Source: Candidatus Bathyarchaeia archaeon (lineage in GTDB: Archaea; Thermoproteota; Bathyarchaeia; Bathyarchaeales; Bathycorpusculaceae). From it: a DNA stretch of 64,000 nt. Under the pieces are notes generated by a model that had not been told where the DNA came from, did not search any database, and worked only from the letters and a program-made list of their open reading frames with translations. Each line of letters begins with the position of its first letter. Positions within the stretch are counted from its first letter, which is position 1. Made by a program: the position numbers and the translations under genes. Positions 47,748 through 57,352 of this stretch are shown in pieces. The DNA lies in the NCBI GenBank assembly GCA_049521795.1, contig JBEKOM010000002.1:160001-224000 (forward strand). Reading direction: 5' to 3'.

Positions 47748-48479
47748 TCAGCGTTGGTCCTCGGGTTCGATCACGGGTTGAAGCTCTGCCTTTCTCCTTA
47801 AAGATTTAGGTGGCCTCTTGTGCGTGCTCAGGTAGACGACGGATGATGCTACTGCAAGAACGAGGATTTCACTGGCGATCACTGTTTCTTGGAAGCCTGC
47901 GTCTGTCCATGCTGGCGGCGGTCCTTGACCGGTTATCAAGCCGTTGACGTCGACGTGGGCAGCATCATTGCCTTGTCCATTCTTGACCAGACTTACACTC
48001 TCACCTTGAAATGGCGCGTGTATTTCTAGAGTTGTGGTTCCCACGTGAATAATCGTGAAGTTCATCCAAAATATGACTCCAGTTCCGCTTATCTGCGTGC
48101 CGTGAGATTGGAAGAGGCAACCGAAAAGTGTCGTTCCGTTTTGATTGTCCATGTAGTTCATTACGAAGTAGGTCGGAGATACATCTTTCAGGAAGGGACC
48201 CTCAATAACACCGTAAGATGGCCCCCCGCCGGTTGGCGCAGTACCATTGGGAACGCCGGTTGTGACTTGGGCTATGTAAGGGTCCCATGACACGGCGATT
48301 ACCCATTCTCCAACAGATGGCACATTTTTCAGGGTTGCAGTAAGCAAGACCGTCTGGCCAACTTGGTCTACGTTGTAAACTGCATCTATGCTCAGCACGG
48401 TGGTCGGTGGGATCGTGTAGACGTATGCAAGAACAACCACGACGACCACCAACAGCAATGCTAATGCCTTCCTTTTCAA
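47748..48479 (-). CDS. Cohesin-like domain protein with N- and C-terminal TM segments
   Basis: VGQTV....KNV...W...VSWDP...IEGPFL...SGTGVIFWMNFTI...GTTTL. Confidence 0.65.
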   Translation of the reverse strand: MKRKALALLLVVVVVVLAYVYTIPPTTVLSIDAVYNVDQVGQTVLLTATLKNVPSVGEWVIAVSWDPYIAQVTTGVPNGTAPTGGGPSYGVIEGPFLKDVSPTYFVMNYMDNQNGTTLFGCLFQSHGTQISGTGVIFWMNFTIIHVGTTTLEIHAPFQGESVSLVKNGQGNDAAHVDVNGLITGQGPPPAWTDAGFQETVIASEILVLAVASSVVYLSTHKRPPKSLRRKAELQPVIEPEDQR

Positions 48480-48629
48480 ACCCTTTCACCTTGGCCTCCT
48501 ATAGTGCGCTTTTGTATATTTTAACTTGTTGTTTCAGAAGACAGTTAGGGCATAGTGCTTCCTAGAGCTTGCGTTTTTAAGACAGAGAAAAAAGGATGGG
48601 GCTTCCTTAAGCCTGCACGATTGTCCAAT

Positions 48630-49673
48630 CTATGTTTGTCTTCTCTTGCGGAGTCCAACAGCGATCAGCGTTGCGATCATTAGCAGCGGAATAGCCATTA
48701 GTACAGGAAACTCTGGTATCGTTCCCACTATCTGCACCGTTTTAGTGCTTAACCCTGTTGTGAAGTAGAGATAAGTGTTCGTACTGTCCTCTGCTACTAT
48801 TGGTGTTACCGGTGTTCCGTTAACCGTTACGTTCCAATGATCTGCTGCTTCGTTTGCGAGCGCCACGAGGTTCTTTGGAATTGTCACGTTGACGTAAGCA
48901 GTTGTTCCGCCGTTTGATGCAGCTGTAAGGTTGAAGTTAAGCGTCCAGTTTGCGATGTACGTCATGGAGCTTGGTACCACTGTAGCGTTGCTCACTGTTA
49001 TGACGTTGTAGTTTGTGCCGCTCTTGACGACGACGCTGGTCACCGATTCCGGGGGTCCGTAGATCACGATTTGACCGTCAGCCGTTGCCATCGTTATTGG
49101 TAGTCCATTAACGTCGCCTACTACTACGCCTGATATCGCTAGGCCTGTTTGATACTTCATGTTCGTCGGTGGAATGGCGGTTACGTTAAAAGTGAGCGTC
49201 GCTAGTGCCGTCTCTCCGTTACCGTAGTTGGCCGTTGTAACGTTGATCGGAGCGTAACCTCCGGATATTGCTGAACCGGTATCTTGGAACGTCTGTGCGT
49301 AGGTTGCGGTGCCGGCAGTGTTGTTGATTTTCAAATTGATGGACCAGATGTTGCTCCATTGATCCGACGGCGTCACGTTGTGGAATAGGATCTCAGTCAT
49401 CTTTGTGCACGTTAGAAAAGTTGTGTTCCAAGTAAGCGTGAACTGCGGTCCCATGAAGGCTGTGATGTTAGCAATGCTGACGCTCACGTTGAACAGTGTT
49501 CCGACCGTCGCGCCGGTTAGAATGGTCTGCGGTGGGTCAACAAGAACCGTTGGTGAGCTGCTGCTAGCTGAGCATTTTGGGAAAGTGGAAGCGGAGTAAA
49601 GTATTGCTGAGATTATTAGCATGCTCATGAATACCCAGTGAAAGCCCTTCGACTTCAAATTCTTAGGAGTCAT
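48630..49673 (-). CDS. Cohesin-domain surface protein with a PEF-CTERM sorting signal
   Basis: Signal peptide; VGTLFNVSVSIANI...QFTLTWN...LATLTFNV...GDVNG; C-terminal IPEFP-TM-RKRR. Confidence 0.8.
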   Translation of the reverse strand: MTPKNLKSKGFHWVFMSMLIISAILYSASTFPKCSASSSSPTVLVDPPQTILTGATVGTLFNVSVSIANITAFMGPQFTLTWNTTFLTCTKMTEILFHNVTPSDQWSNIWSINLKINNTAGTATYAQTFQDTGSAISGGYAPINVTTANYGNGETALATLTFNVTAIPPTNMKYQTGLAISGVVVGDVNGLPITMATADGQIVIYGPPESVTSVVVKSGTNYNVITVSNATVVPSSMTYIANWTLNFNLTAASNGGTTAYVNVTIPKNLVALANEAADHWNVTVNGTPVTPIVAEDSTNTYLYFTTGLSTKTVQIVGTIPEFPVLMAIPLLMIATLIAVGLRKRRQT

Positions 49674-49828
49674 TTTTAAACACACCTTTTTTATGATTTC
49701 TCAGTATGGAGTATTTAACATTTATTGTTCAAGAACTCTTCAGTCTCTCAATATGAGGATCTTCAACAGGGACAAATTCATCGACGACGCGTATGCGCGG
49801 CTGAGGAACGAAAAAAGGTGTGTTTAAA

Positions 49829-51091
49829 CTAGACTTTTCTGGTCTTTCGTCTAAACCTTATCACGTAGAACGCAAGCGCAAGCGCCCATACTACTGGTAT
49901 CACGACCGCAACTACAAGTCCAAACGATGGCAGCGGCGCAGGTGCGGGGTTTATTGTTATTGGTGTCGTTTGTCCCGCAGTGTTGCCGGCGAGGTCTGTT
50001 ACTTCCAGCGTCACGTTGTACGTTCCAGGTTGCCTGTACTCGTGGGTTACCGTGGCGGCTGTTGCGTTCGTGCCGTCCCCGAAGTCCCAGAAGTAGGCTG
50101 AGATGTTTGAGAGATGCGCGTGGCTTCCAGAGGCGCTAAAGTTGAATTTCCATTTGTAGCTTCCGAAGACAAATTCGAGGGCATCTCCAGATGCTGACGG
50201 AGAAACAGCCATGTCGATTGTTGGGGAAGTCTGATCTGCGATAAAGGTTGTTATGTTTGAGGAAGCCATCTGACCAGCCGTATTGTTTGCGAATACTTCA
50301 AGATTATGTTGTCCCTCTGAAACCTGAATAAGGTTGTTCGTAAATGTCACGTTTGCCTGGTCGTCTATACTGTAACCGATCCACGATGTGTTTCCGGTGA
50401 TTCTAAGTGTTAAATTCACAGGGATCGTGCTGTAACCACCGTTTTGGGGCGAAATAATCTCAATGAGCGGACGGACGTTCCCCACCGTTACCGAGCCTTT
50501 GGTGCTAGTCGCGGATAGCGGCATTCCGTTTATATCGCCAACTCTGATACTATCGGCCACAAAATCTATTGTAGACCTCCCATCTCCAGCTCCCTTAAAT
50601 TCTATTATTGCCACTACATACATGCCTGGCCCTATGGGTGCGTAGCCGCCTTCCAATGCCCTGTCCCTGTCTTGGAACGTTTGGGCATAAGACGCGAAGC
50701 CAGCTGTGTTGTTGTATCCCAGCTGTATACTCCAGATGTTATCCCATTCAGACTGAGGCGTTACAGAGTGAAACAGAGATTCCCATATTTTATCTGCGGT
50801 CATAATCGTTGAATTCCATTCAATGACGAACTGTAAACCCTCAACTCCCACAGAGGAGGGAATATTGATCATGATGGTGACGTTGAATTTATCTCCGACC
50901 GCTACACTTTGCGATTCGGGGGTTATCGACAACACAACGTCACTTGCGGCGTTTGACCTTGGGATACTGATGAAAAAAAAGGGCGCCATGATTAGAATTA
51001 GCAGCAGAGGACTCAAGAGTATGCTGAGTTGTCTCAGATTTAACACCTTGAAACAAGAAGAGGGGAGGGAAACATTTAAGTTTATCGACAT
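49829..51091 (-). CDS. Cohesin + Ig-like + PKD domain membrane-anchored protein
   Basis: VGDKFNVTI...GLQFVIEWN...VAIIEFK; PKD motif YFWDFGDG...HEY..PGTYNVTLEVTD; C-terminal TM + RRK. Confidence 0.82.
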   Translation of the reverse strand: MSINLNVSLPSSCFKVLNLRQLSILLSPLLLILIMAPFFFISIPRSNAASDVVLSITPESQSVAVGDKFNVTIMINIPSSVGVEGLQFVIEWNSTIMTADKIWESLFHSVTPQSEWDNIWSIQLGYNNTAGFASYAQTFQDRDRALEGGYAPIGPGMYVVAIIEFKGAGDGRSTIDFVADSIRVGDINGMPLSATSTKGSVTVGNVRPLIEIISPQNGGYSTIPVNLTLRITGNTSWIGYSIDDQANVTFTNNLIQVSEGQHNLEVFANNTAGQMASSNITTFIADQTSPTIDMAVSPSASGDALEFVFGSYKWKFNFSASGSHAHLSNISAYFWDFGDGTNATAATVTHEYRQPGTYNVTLEVTDLAGNTAGQTTPITINPAPAPLPSFGLVVAVVIPVVWALALAFYVIRFRRKTRKV

Positions 51092-51158
51092 TGCATCAAA
51101 GCGTTATATTATCTGTCTCGGAGAAGGTTCTGGAACTCAATTCTACTAGGAGGCGCAG

Positions 51159-52163
51159 TCAGCTGCCTAGACCAAAGTTGTTGGCCAGTATTATCGCGTC
51201 AAGGATGTTCACGGCGCCGTCACCGTTGAGGTCAGCTTTAGGATTCCAGTTTGAGCTGCTAGGCGTGGCGAGGAAGGCGTTTGCCAGCAGGATCGCATCC
51301 AAGATGTTAACGACGCCGTCACCGTTGATGTCTCCAACTGTGATCCTATGGAACGTCGCATTGCTTGTGACCAGCGTGCTAGGGTAGTAGATATTGTGGT
51401 AGATATTGTAGTAGGTGCTAGCGTAAACAATGTAGTTTCCATAAGGCACTCCGGAAGAAGGCAATTTGAAGGAAAAGTTGTAGGTCCCGCCTGAGCTAAG
51501 TTCAAATGGGATATTGCTTGTTGCCGTGCCGATTGTGACTGTTGCATTTAGTTCTGGACAGTATGGGTAGCCACCGTTTCTCGGAAAATCAGAGAATAAA
51601 CTAGCGTATAATGTGATATTTCCGCGGGTCGATGTTGGAATCATAGTGACCTGAAACGTTAAGCTTTGCGTTGAGTTTGGCGGTAACACATAGTACAGAG
51701 GCGATTGAAAACCGAGTGAAACCGAGTTTGCATCGTAGATCGTGACACCATATTGGACAGGGTGGGCGAGTGCATCGTCAAAATTCGTCCATTCAGCATG
51801 TAGATAAACGGATTCTCCTGCTTGGAAGCTATATTTCGGAACTCCGTTCGAGTCGCAGGGGTAGAATTCAGTGAAGTTGACAAGCCAGTTTTGTGAGGCG
51901 CTCGAGTCTGTTGGCAGGGCCCGCAAGATAAACGGGCTCCCTGAAGGGTTTCTCACCTCGACTCCCACTACTGCGTCCGAGACATAAAGCGAGGAGAGAT
52001 AATAATACAAGCTTCCGCCAACGTACACAGGATCGGATAAGCCGTAAGCATGCTTGTCGGTAGTGACCGTTAGCGTCAACGTGCTTTGGGCAAAGGAAGG
52101 GCTGGCAGCGAAAAACAGAACGAGCGTGGCAATCAACAGTGCCGGTATGACTTTTGGAATCAT
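51159..52163 (-). CDS. Secreted protein with a C-terminal type I dockerin
   Basis: Signal peptide; duplicated Ca-binding repeats GDINGDGVVNILDAILLANAF and ADLNGDGAVNILDAIILANNF. Confidence 0.85.
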   Translation of the reverse strand: MIPKVIPALLIATLVLFFAASPSFAQSTLTLTVTTDKHAYGLSDPVYVGGSLYYYLSSLYVSDAVVGVEVRNPSGSPFILRALPTDSSASQNWLVNFTEFYPCDSNGVPKYSFQAGESVYLHAEWTNFDDALAHPVQYGVTIYDANSVSLGFQSPLYYVLPPNSTQSLTFQVTMIPTSTRGNITLYASLFSDFPRNGGYPYCPELNATVTIGTATSNIPFELSSGGTYNFSFKLPSSGVPYGNYIVYASTYYNIYHNIYYPSTLVTSNATFHRITVGDINGDGVVNILDAILLANAFLATPSSSNWNPKADLNGDGAVNILDAIILANNFGLGS

Positions 52164-52956
52164 CAGTCTTTCCTCATACTCTAGTGTTGCAACCTTGCGA
52201 ATAAATGCGTTATGGAGTCTTATTCTACAAAAGGTGAATTAGGCGAAACAGACTTCTGTTAGTTTCTGTAGCGAAGTTTCAAAGTCGTTTGGGCAACGGC
52301 GTTAGCTGGTAAATTCAATCCCTGCACTTCATGTTGGGAAAGGCAGTCTGCTGTCCAGCCAGAACGTCATTGGGCACTTTTTCCGAAGTTCTTTCGAATC
52401 TTATTGCGTCAGCGGGTTTGTTATTAGTTTCTGTTGTCGCTTGTGAAAGCGTTAGCGCGCGCCTAAAGTCCAAGCAACGCACGACTTGAATAGAATTGAA
52501 AAACAATGCGGAAGAGTCCCCACATCCTCAGGACACACCGCTTTTCACAGCCTAGGGTCCAGTGCTGCATGACTCAAGAGAACCCTCAGCTACTGTCTCT
52601 CATGCATGCGCGTTCCGAAATTGGTTTTCGAAGTGTCTTATGCTTCCAGATTTTGTTAGTTTGCGCATGGTGAGGGCGTCTTGAGCGGTGAGTAGTGCGC
52701 GCAGCAGTCCCTCAATAGCCGATGATCAGCATATTGTTCCTCACGACATATTACACAATTGAAGCACGCCTTTTCTACCAAAATGACTTAGGACACGATG
52801 ACAGCATTGGCAAGCTATGCAAGATAGAGGAATATTCCATAACGAACTAATAGGGCGCAGATTGATGTCTTAACATGAGAAGACGAAGTCCATCAATCCA
52901 TGGAAGAGAGCTTGAAACGCTAGGGCTGGCACTTACGCTGCCAAGAAGGAAAAGAC

Positions 52957-54285
52957 ATGCGGGGGAGAATGGAGAAGACGCACACAACGTTTTTCTTAGC
53001 TCTCGCGCTGTCGATTGTTCTGATTTCCTCGCTGTTTCCAAGCCTAGCGCACGGTTCTGCCGATTCAGAGACTGGCGCAGTCATTGATCTCTACACTGAA
53101 AAAACGCCCTTCAACGGCATGGGCGCAAACAAGTTCAGTGACGCTTTTGAGCCTCAAGAACTGGTAGTTCTCCATGCACTTGTAACGTACAACGATTATC
53201 CTGTGCAACAGAAAGACGTAGCGTTCCAAGTCGATGGTCCACCAAATCCTTTCCAAAACATCACATTTATTGGCTCAGGACGAACTGACGGGATAGGCAC
53301 AACAACATTCTCATTCAGAATCCCTTGGCCCTCTGAAAATGCCGAGAGCATAGTCTTTGGCGAGTGGACTGCTATAGCGGTTGTTAGCATCGCAGATCAA
53401 AATGCAGTGGATACTTTGACCTTTCGGGTCGGCTGGATAATCCGAATAACAGAGATTGCAACTCTGAACTCTTTGCTGGAGCCTCAATCAGTGTTCACGC
53501 GAGAGAACCCGATAGTGTTCAACCTTACTGTAGAAAACATCGCGATGACGGCAAAATCTGCGACGATAACGATCGATGTCCAAGACTCGGCGCAAAATCC
53601 AATAATCCACATACAAATGGATGACATGCTTTTTCAGCCTGGACTAAGTAACGTACAAGCACGTTCGCAGGTTCCGATTTCTGCATACGGTGGTCTCGCA
53701 AATGTTTCAGCGGCTCCTTTTACGGCGCCCCCGGAAAGCGGAGGACGACTTTACAGTCCAGCCGTGTACACGACATTTCAGATCACCGTAACAGACATCG
53801 CTATAACAAACATCAAGTTGTCTAACACTACGGTCTTCATCGGCGATACTCTCGGAATAGATGTCACCGTTGTCAACCAGGGCAACGAATCGGCAACATT
53901 CGATCTCAGCACTTATTACAATTCATCCCTGATTGAAACACTACATGGTGTTGAGCTGGCCCCTTTCGCACAAGACACGTTCGCTTTCGTCTGGAACACG
54001 AGCTTCGTAAACCCTGGTTTCTACCAGATAAGTGCCTATGCACCTCTTCCAGGAGACCCCACGCCTCTGGACAATTATTACGTTGATGGAATAGTGGAAG
54101 TCAAGACTGGGGTAACTCCGCCATATTTCCCAGCGCTTGGCTGGCTGGTTTTCTGGATAATAGTTGTGCTAGCAGTTGTTGCAGGCCTGATTATGCTGTT
54201 CCTCATCTTAGGTTTGGACAAGGTTCGCAGAAGAAGAAAACGCCCACGTCCGACCTATGCCGTGATCGTTCACCCTCACATATAG
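52957..54285 (+). CDS. Membrane-anchored surface protein with a CARDB domain
   Basis: Signal peptide; IDLYT...VTYNDYPVQQKDVAFQ domain; CARDB DIAIT...VVNQGN...WNT; C-terminal TM + RRRRKR. Confidence 0.82.
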   Translation: MRGRMEKTHTTFFLALALSIVLISSLFPSLAHGSADSETGAVIDLYTEKTPFNGMGANKFSDAFEPQELVVLHALVTYNDYPVQQKDVAFQVDGPPNPFQNITFIGSGRTDGIGTTTFSFRIPWPSENAESIVFGEWTAIAVVSIADQNAVDTLTFRVGWIIRITEIATLNSLLEPQSVFTRENPIVFNLTVENIAMTAKSATITIDVQDSAQNPIIHIQMDDMLFQPGLSNVQARSQVPISAYGGLANVSAAPFTAPPESGGRLYSPAVYTTFQITVTDIAITNIKLSNTTVFIGDTLGIDVTVVNQGNESATFDLSTYYNSSLIETLHGVELAPFAQDTFAFVWNTSFVNPGFYQISAYAPLPGDPTPLDNYYVDGIVEVKTGVTPPYFPALGWLVFWIIVVLAVVAGLIMLFLILGLDKVRRRRKRPRPTYAVIVHPHI

Positions 54286-54996
54286 ATGGTTTACTCGGAA
54301 AGAAACCAAACTGAAAGACACCTATGGTCTCCATAGGCCGCTCTTAACTAGTGGGATGAAATCCCAGAGACTGAAAAGTCAAAAATTTTATGGCGGACCC
54401 TCTTCGAATATGCTTTGGAATGTGAAGAAGTTTCTCCGTGGACGATTGGACTAGACCACGCGAGCGCACTCGGAATCGTTATGGTTTGAGGCGACTCAGC
54501 CGAAAAAGAACTGGCCTCCGGATTGCTGCGGGGGATACTAGCCGCCAACGGGCACAGAGTTTGTGCGCGCGCTGATTTATCCTGTGTTGAAGCTTTCTTT
54601 TGGGACTTCGTTCGAACGCAGGGATGGAACTGAGTAAGGCTGACGGGCTGATCTCTGGGTCGTAAACAGGTCTGTTGCACTGGGCCTGACAACAAACGGT
54701 AAGCCATTCGGTTTCTTTTTAGGCTCCGCTCAGTCCTTCAGCCATCGGAATTATGTTTCGAATCAAAATTAGTCTTCCACTAATGTCCGCAACGTGATTA
54801 AGCGAGACCTGCTTGTGTTGGGCTTGAACAACTGCGTTAAGGGTTGTTGCAGATTTACGTCTAGTTGGTTTTGAAAGAGTTGCGGAATACGCTTGCACCG
54901 CCATAATCTTAAGGTTTATGCTTCGTGCCGTTGGTTCATTGAAACAAAGAAAAAGTGGGGGGGAGCGCGCGCGTTCGTCCACTTGGAAATCTGTTC

Positions 54997-56997
54997 TTAC
55001 GCTGGGTTTATGTAGATGGGCGTGGGGTCGTATGGCAACCAGCCCAATTGGTATGTCGGGTTTGTATTGAAGTATCCGCTTATCACTTCTCCGCCAAAGT
55101 ATGGATAGTTGCTTAGCACTGCGCAGTCTATTTCGCTGTTTCCTGCGACTGCAAATTTGGGTATCTGGAAGGTTAGTGATACGGTGAAGTTCTTGTACTG
55201 GCACCAGACGGTTCCACCGAACGGTTCCATCGTAGAGTTTGCGCTGATCGGGGTTGTGAACTGTAACTGCGCGTCGACCGTGCCGTATGGGACGCGAACT
55301 TCGTCGAAGGCGGTGATTACTACTGTTACGTTGCTCAAGTCCATTGTTTTGCCCGTGAGCTCGTCCAAGTACACCGCGTCGGTTTGCTGTAGGTGTGTGC
55401 CGTACGTGACGTTGACGGTTACGTATCCGGCGTGATTGTAGTTCGTGAAGTCTGTTGTCTGTTTGAATATGCGAGCTAGGTAGTCGTAGTGGAACTGCAG
55501 GGTGTCGTTCACGACGACGCAGGCGATGTCGACTGTGCCTATGATGGTCCACACTCCGAACCACTGTTGTGGGTCGTCGCATGGCCATGGCAGTGTGAAG
55601 ACTGTGTATGCTGTCCCATTTACGTTTGACGTGGCGTAGATTATTGCCCATGTCTGGTTGTTCGGTGCTATTATCTGGAAGGCTACGTCTTTCTGTTGTT
55701 CAGGGTAGCCGTTGTACGTTACGTTTGCGTAGAGGCTAACAGGCTTCTGCGGCCAGAACATGTCGCTCGGCTGGTATAGTCCCTGTCCACCGTATGGTGC
55801 GGGCCAGCCTGTGAAGATGTCGATGACGCGGCCATTGGTGATCGCTAAACTACTTTTCATGATGTACGTGCCTGAAACTGGAGGCAGAATCTGTGGCATG
55901 ACGGCTGCGGTGGTGTTGGCTACGATCGTGTCAAAAAGTGTGAGAGGACATGTTAAGTCGGGCGCTGGGACTGTGTTTGGGGGCAGGGTCGCGTTGAACT
56001 CGATTATCGCTAGTACTCCTGTGCCGCTTGGGAACGGCTCGTGCCACGTGCCGTTGGCGTCTGGCTCAACAACGTCTCCAATTGTTACGTAGTCTTGGTT
56101 GATTGTGGTGTTGAAGCCGAAGACGTGGTTGAGGAACGTTGTGCCCTGGTTTGGCGCGGCTCCGAATGGTGGCAACCATGGTCCTTCAAAAGTGTTCAAC
56201 ACTTGTAGCAGCGTGCTGTTGTAGCCCAGGCTGAACTGGAACCCGACTGCTTTGAAGGAAGCGTCTAGGTTGTTCACGCTCACGCTTACGTTGAAGATTT
56301 CACCTACGCTGTGTGCAGTGTAACTGCTCGCTGAGAAGTAGGGTGGTGTTATGGCGAAGGTGTTCTCGTACTTCCCGTCCACGTTCGTGTGTGCGATCGG
56401 GAGGCCGTTGAGGTCACCTAGTATGTCGTTGCTTATGTGAAGGTTGCTGCTGAGGCTGGGCACCGTGGAGTTTGGTGCCTGAAGCACGATGAAGGTGAAT
56501 GCGGCAACTCCGTGCTTTCCTTCTGGCCATGAGTAGCTGGGTATGCCGACTGCGCTGCCGGTGGTCGTTATGTTTGCTGGGTCGTATCCATCTGCTTGTG
56601 CTAGGCCGCCGTCTACCCACGTGACGCCGTAGGTTGCGGTTCCTGCAGTGTTGCTGAAGGTTTTCTTGATGACGTTAATGTTGCTCGGATTGTCATCGGG
56701 CGCCGTTATGAGCGTGTCGTGGAAGAAGACCTCGGTCATGCTGGTGCAATTCAAAAGGTTGTGGTCCCAAGTAAGCGTGAACTGTATGCCTGCGAGCATC
56801 GTTATGTTTGCAACTGAAACGTTTAATTGGAACGATGTACCAACCGGCGCGGTAGGAAGGTTGGTGTTTTGAGGGTCAACGAACAGGAGTGCTGGTGGCT
56901 GTGCTTTTGCTACGTTTACCGTGAAGACTGCTGCGAAGCCGAGAAGTGTTGTTACAATCATCAGTGTGGAGATAACTTTCGCTAAAGTATTCTTCAT
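54997..56997 (-). CDS. Secreted scaffoldin-like protein with two cohesin-like domains and no membrane anchor
   Basis: Signal peptide; VGTSFQLNVSVANI..LAGIQFTLTWD and VGEIFNVSVSVNNL...GFQFSLGYN...SGTGVLAIIEFN; then an IDIFT...VTYNGYPEQQKDVAFQ domain. Confidence 0.8.
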   Translation of the reverse strand: MKNTLAKVISTLMIVTTLLGFAAVFTVNVAKAQPPALLFVDPQNTNLPTAPVGTSFQLNVSVANITMLAGIQFTLTWDHNLLNCTSMTEVFFHDTLITAPDDNPSNINVIKKTFSNTAGTATYGVTWVDGGLAQADGYDPANITTTGSAVGIPSYSWPEGKHGVAAFTFIVLQAPNSTVPSLSSNLHISNDILGDLNGLPIAHTNVDGKYENTFAITPPYFSASSYTAHSVGEIFNVSVSVNNLDASFKAVGFQFSLGYNSTLLQVLNTFEGPWLPPFGAAPNQGTTFLNHVFGFNTTINQDYVTIGDVVEPDANGTWHEPFPSGTGVLAIIEFNATLPPNTVPAPDLTCPLTLFDTIVANTTAAVMPQILPPVSGTYIMKSSLAITNGRVIDIFTGWPAPYGGQGLYQPSDMFWPQKPVSLYANVTYNGYPEQQKDVAFQIIAPNNQTWAIIYATSNVNGTAYTVFTLPWPCDDPQQWFGVWTIIGTVDIACVVVNDTLQFHYDYLARIFKQTTDFTNYNHAGYVTVNVTYGTHLQQTDAVYLDELTGKTMDLSNVTVVITAFDEVRVPYGTVDAQLQFTTPISANSTMEPFGGTVWCQYKNFTVSLTFQIPKFAVAGNSEIDCAVLSNYPYFGGEVISGYFNTNPTYQLGWLPYDPTPIYINPA

Positions 56998-57303
56998 TCT
57001 TTTCTCCCTTCTCCTTTTGTTCTACGTATAGTGTCTCTGCTCTGCCCATTTAAAGATTCTGGAATTATCTTCTAGCACGCAAGAAAAACCGACTGGTAAA
57101 GAATTGACGGGTTGGGAAAACGTTCTGCAGAGTTACATCTGTTTCATTTGAAAAGTTCGAGATTCTCCGTTCGGAAAGTTCAAAAATAAAAGGAGGATTT
57201 TCGAGTGTATTCTGCTTTTTACGGTTTACATGCTTGCTGAACTTGTTCGTAGGCGCGAGCGGTCTCAGCGTAGGGTTTCCTCAAGTCTTAAAACAAGTTT
57301 TGA

Positions 57304-57352
57304 AACAAAAAAGGGGGGAATGAGATTTTTTCAGTTCTTTTGAGTCTTTTTG
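57304..57352 (-). terminator. Probable archaeal oligo-T terminator after the SBP gene
   Basis: Minus strand reads TTCCCCCCTTTTTTGTTT downstream of the stop; similar C-run/T-run tracts follow other minus-strand genes (~54950, ~48590, ~14870). Confidence 0.45.

Noticed and set aside
52163-52957. RNase P or SRP RNA in the long intergenic gaps (also 54285-54997)
   Set aside because: The conserved RNase P P4 and SRP helix-8 motifs were not found by eye; only short generic hairpins. An Infernal search would be needed to exclude other ncRNAs.
54719-55651. 310-aa Arg/His-rich ORF
   Set aside because: Alternate-frame shadow of the scaffoldin gene caused by its biased codon usage; no protein-like features.
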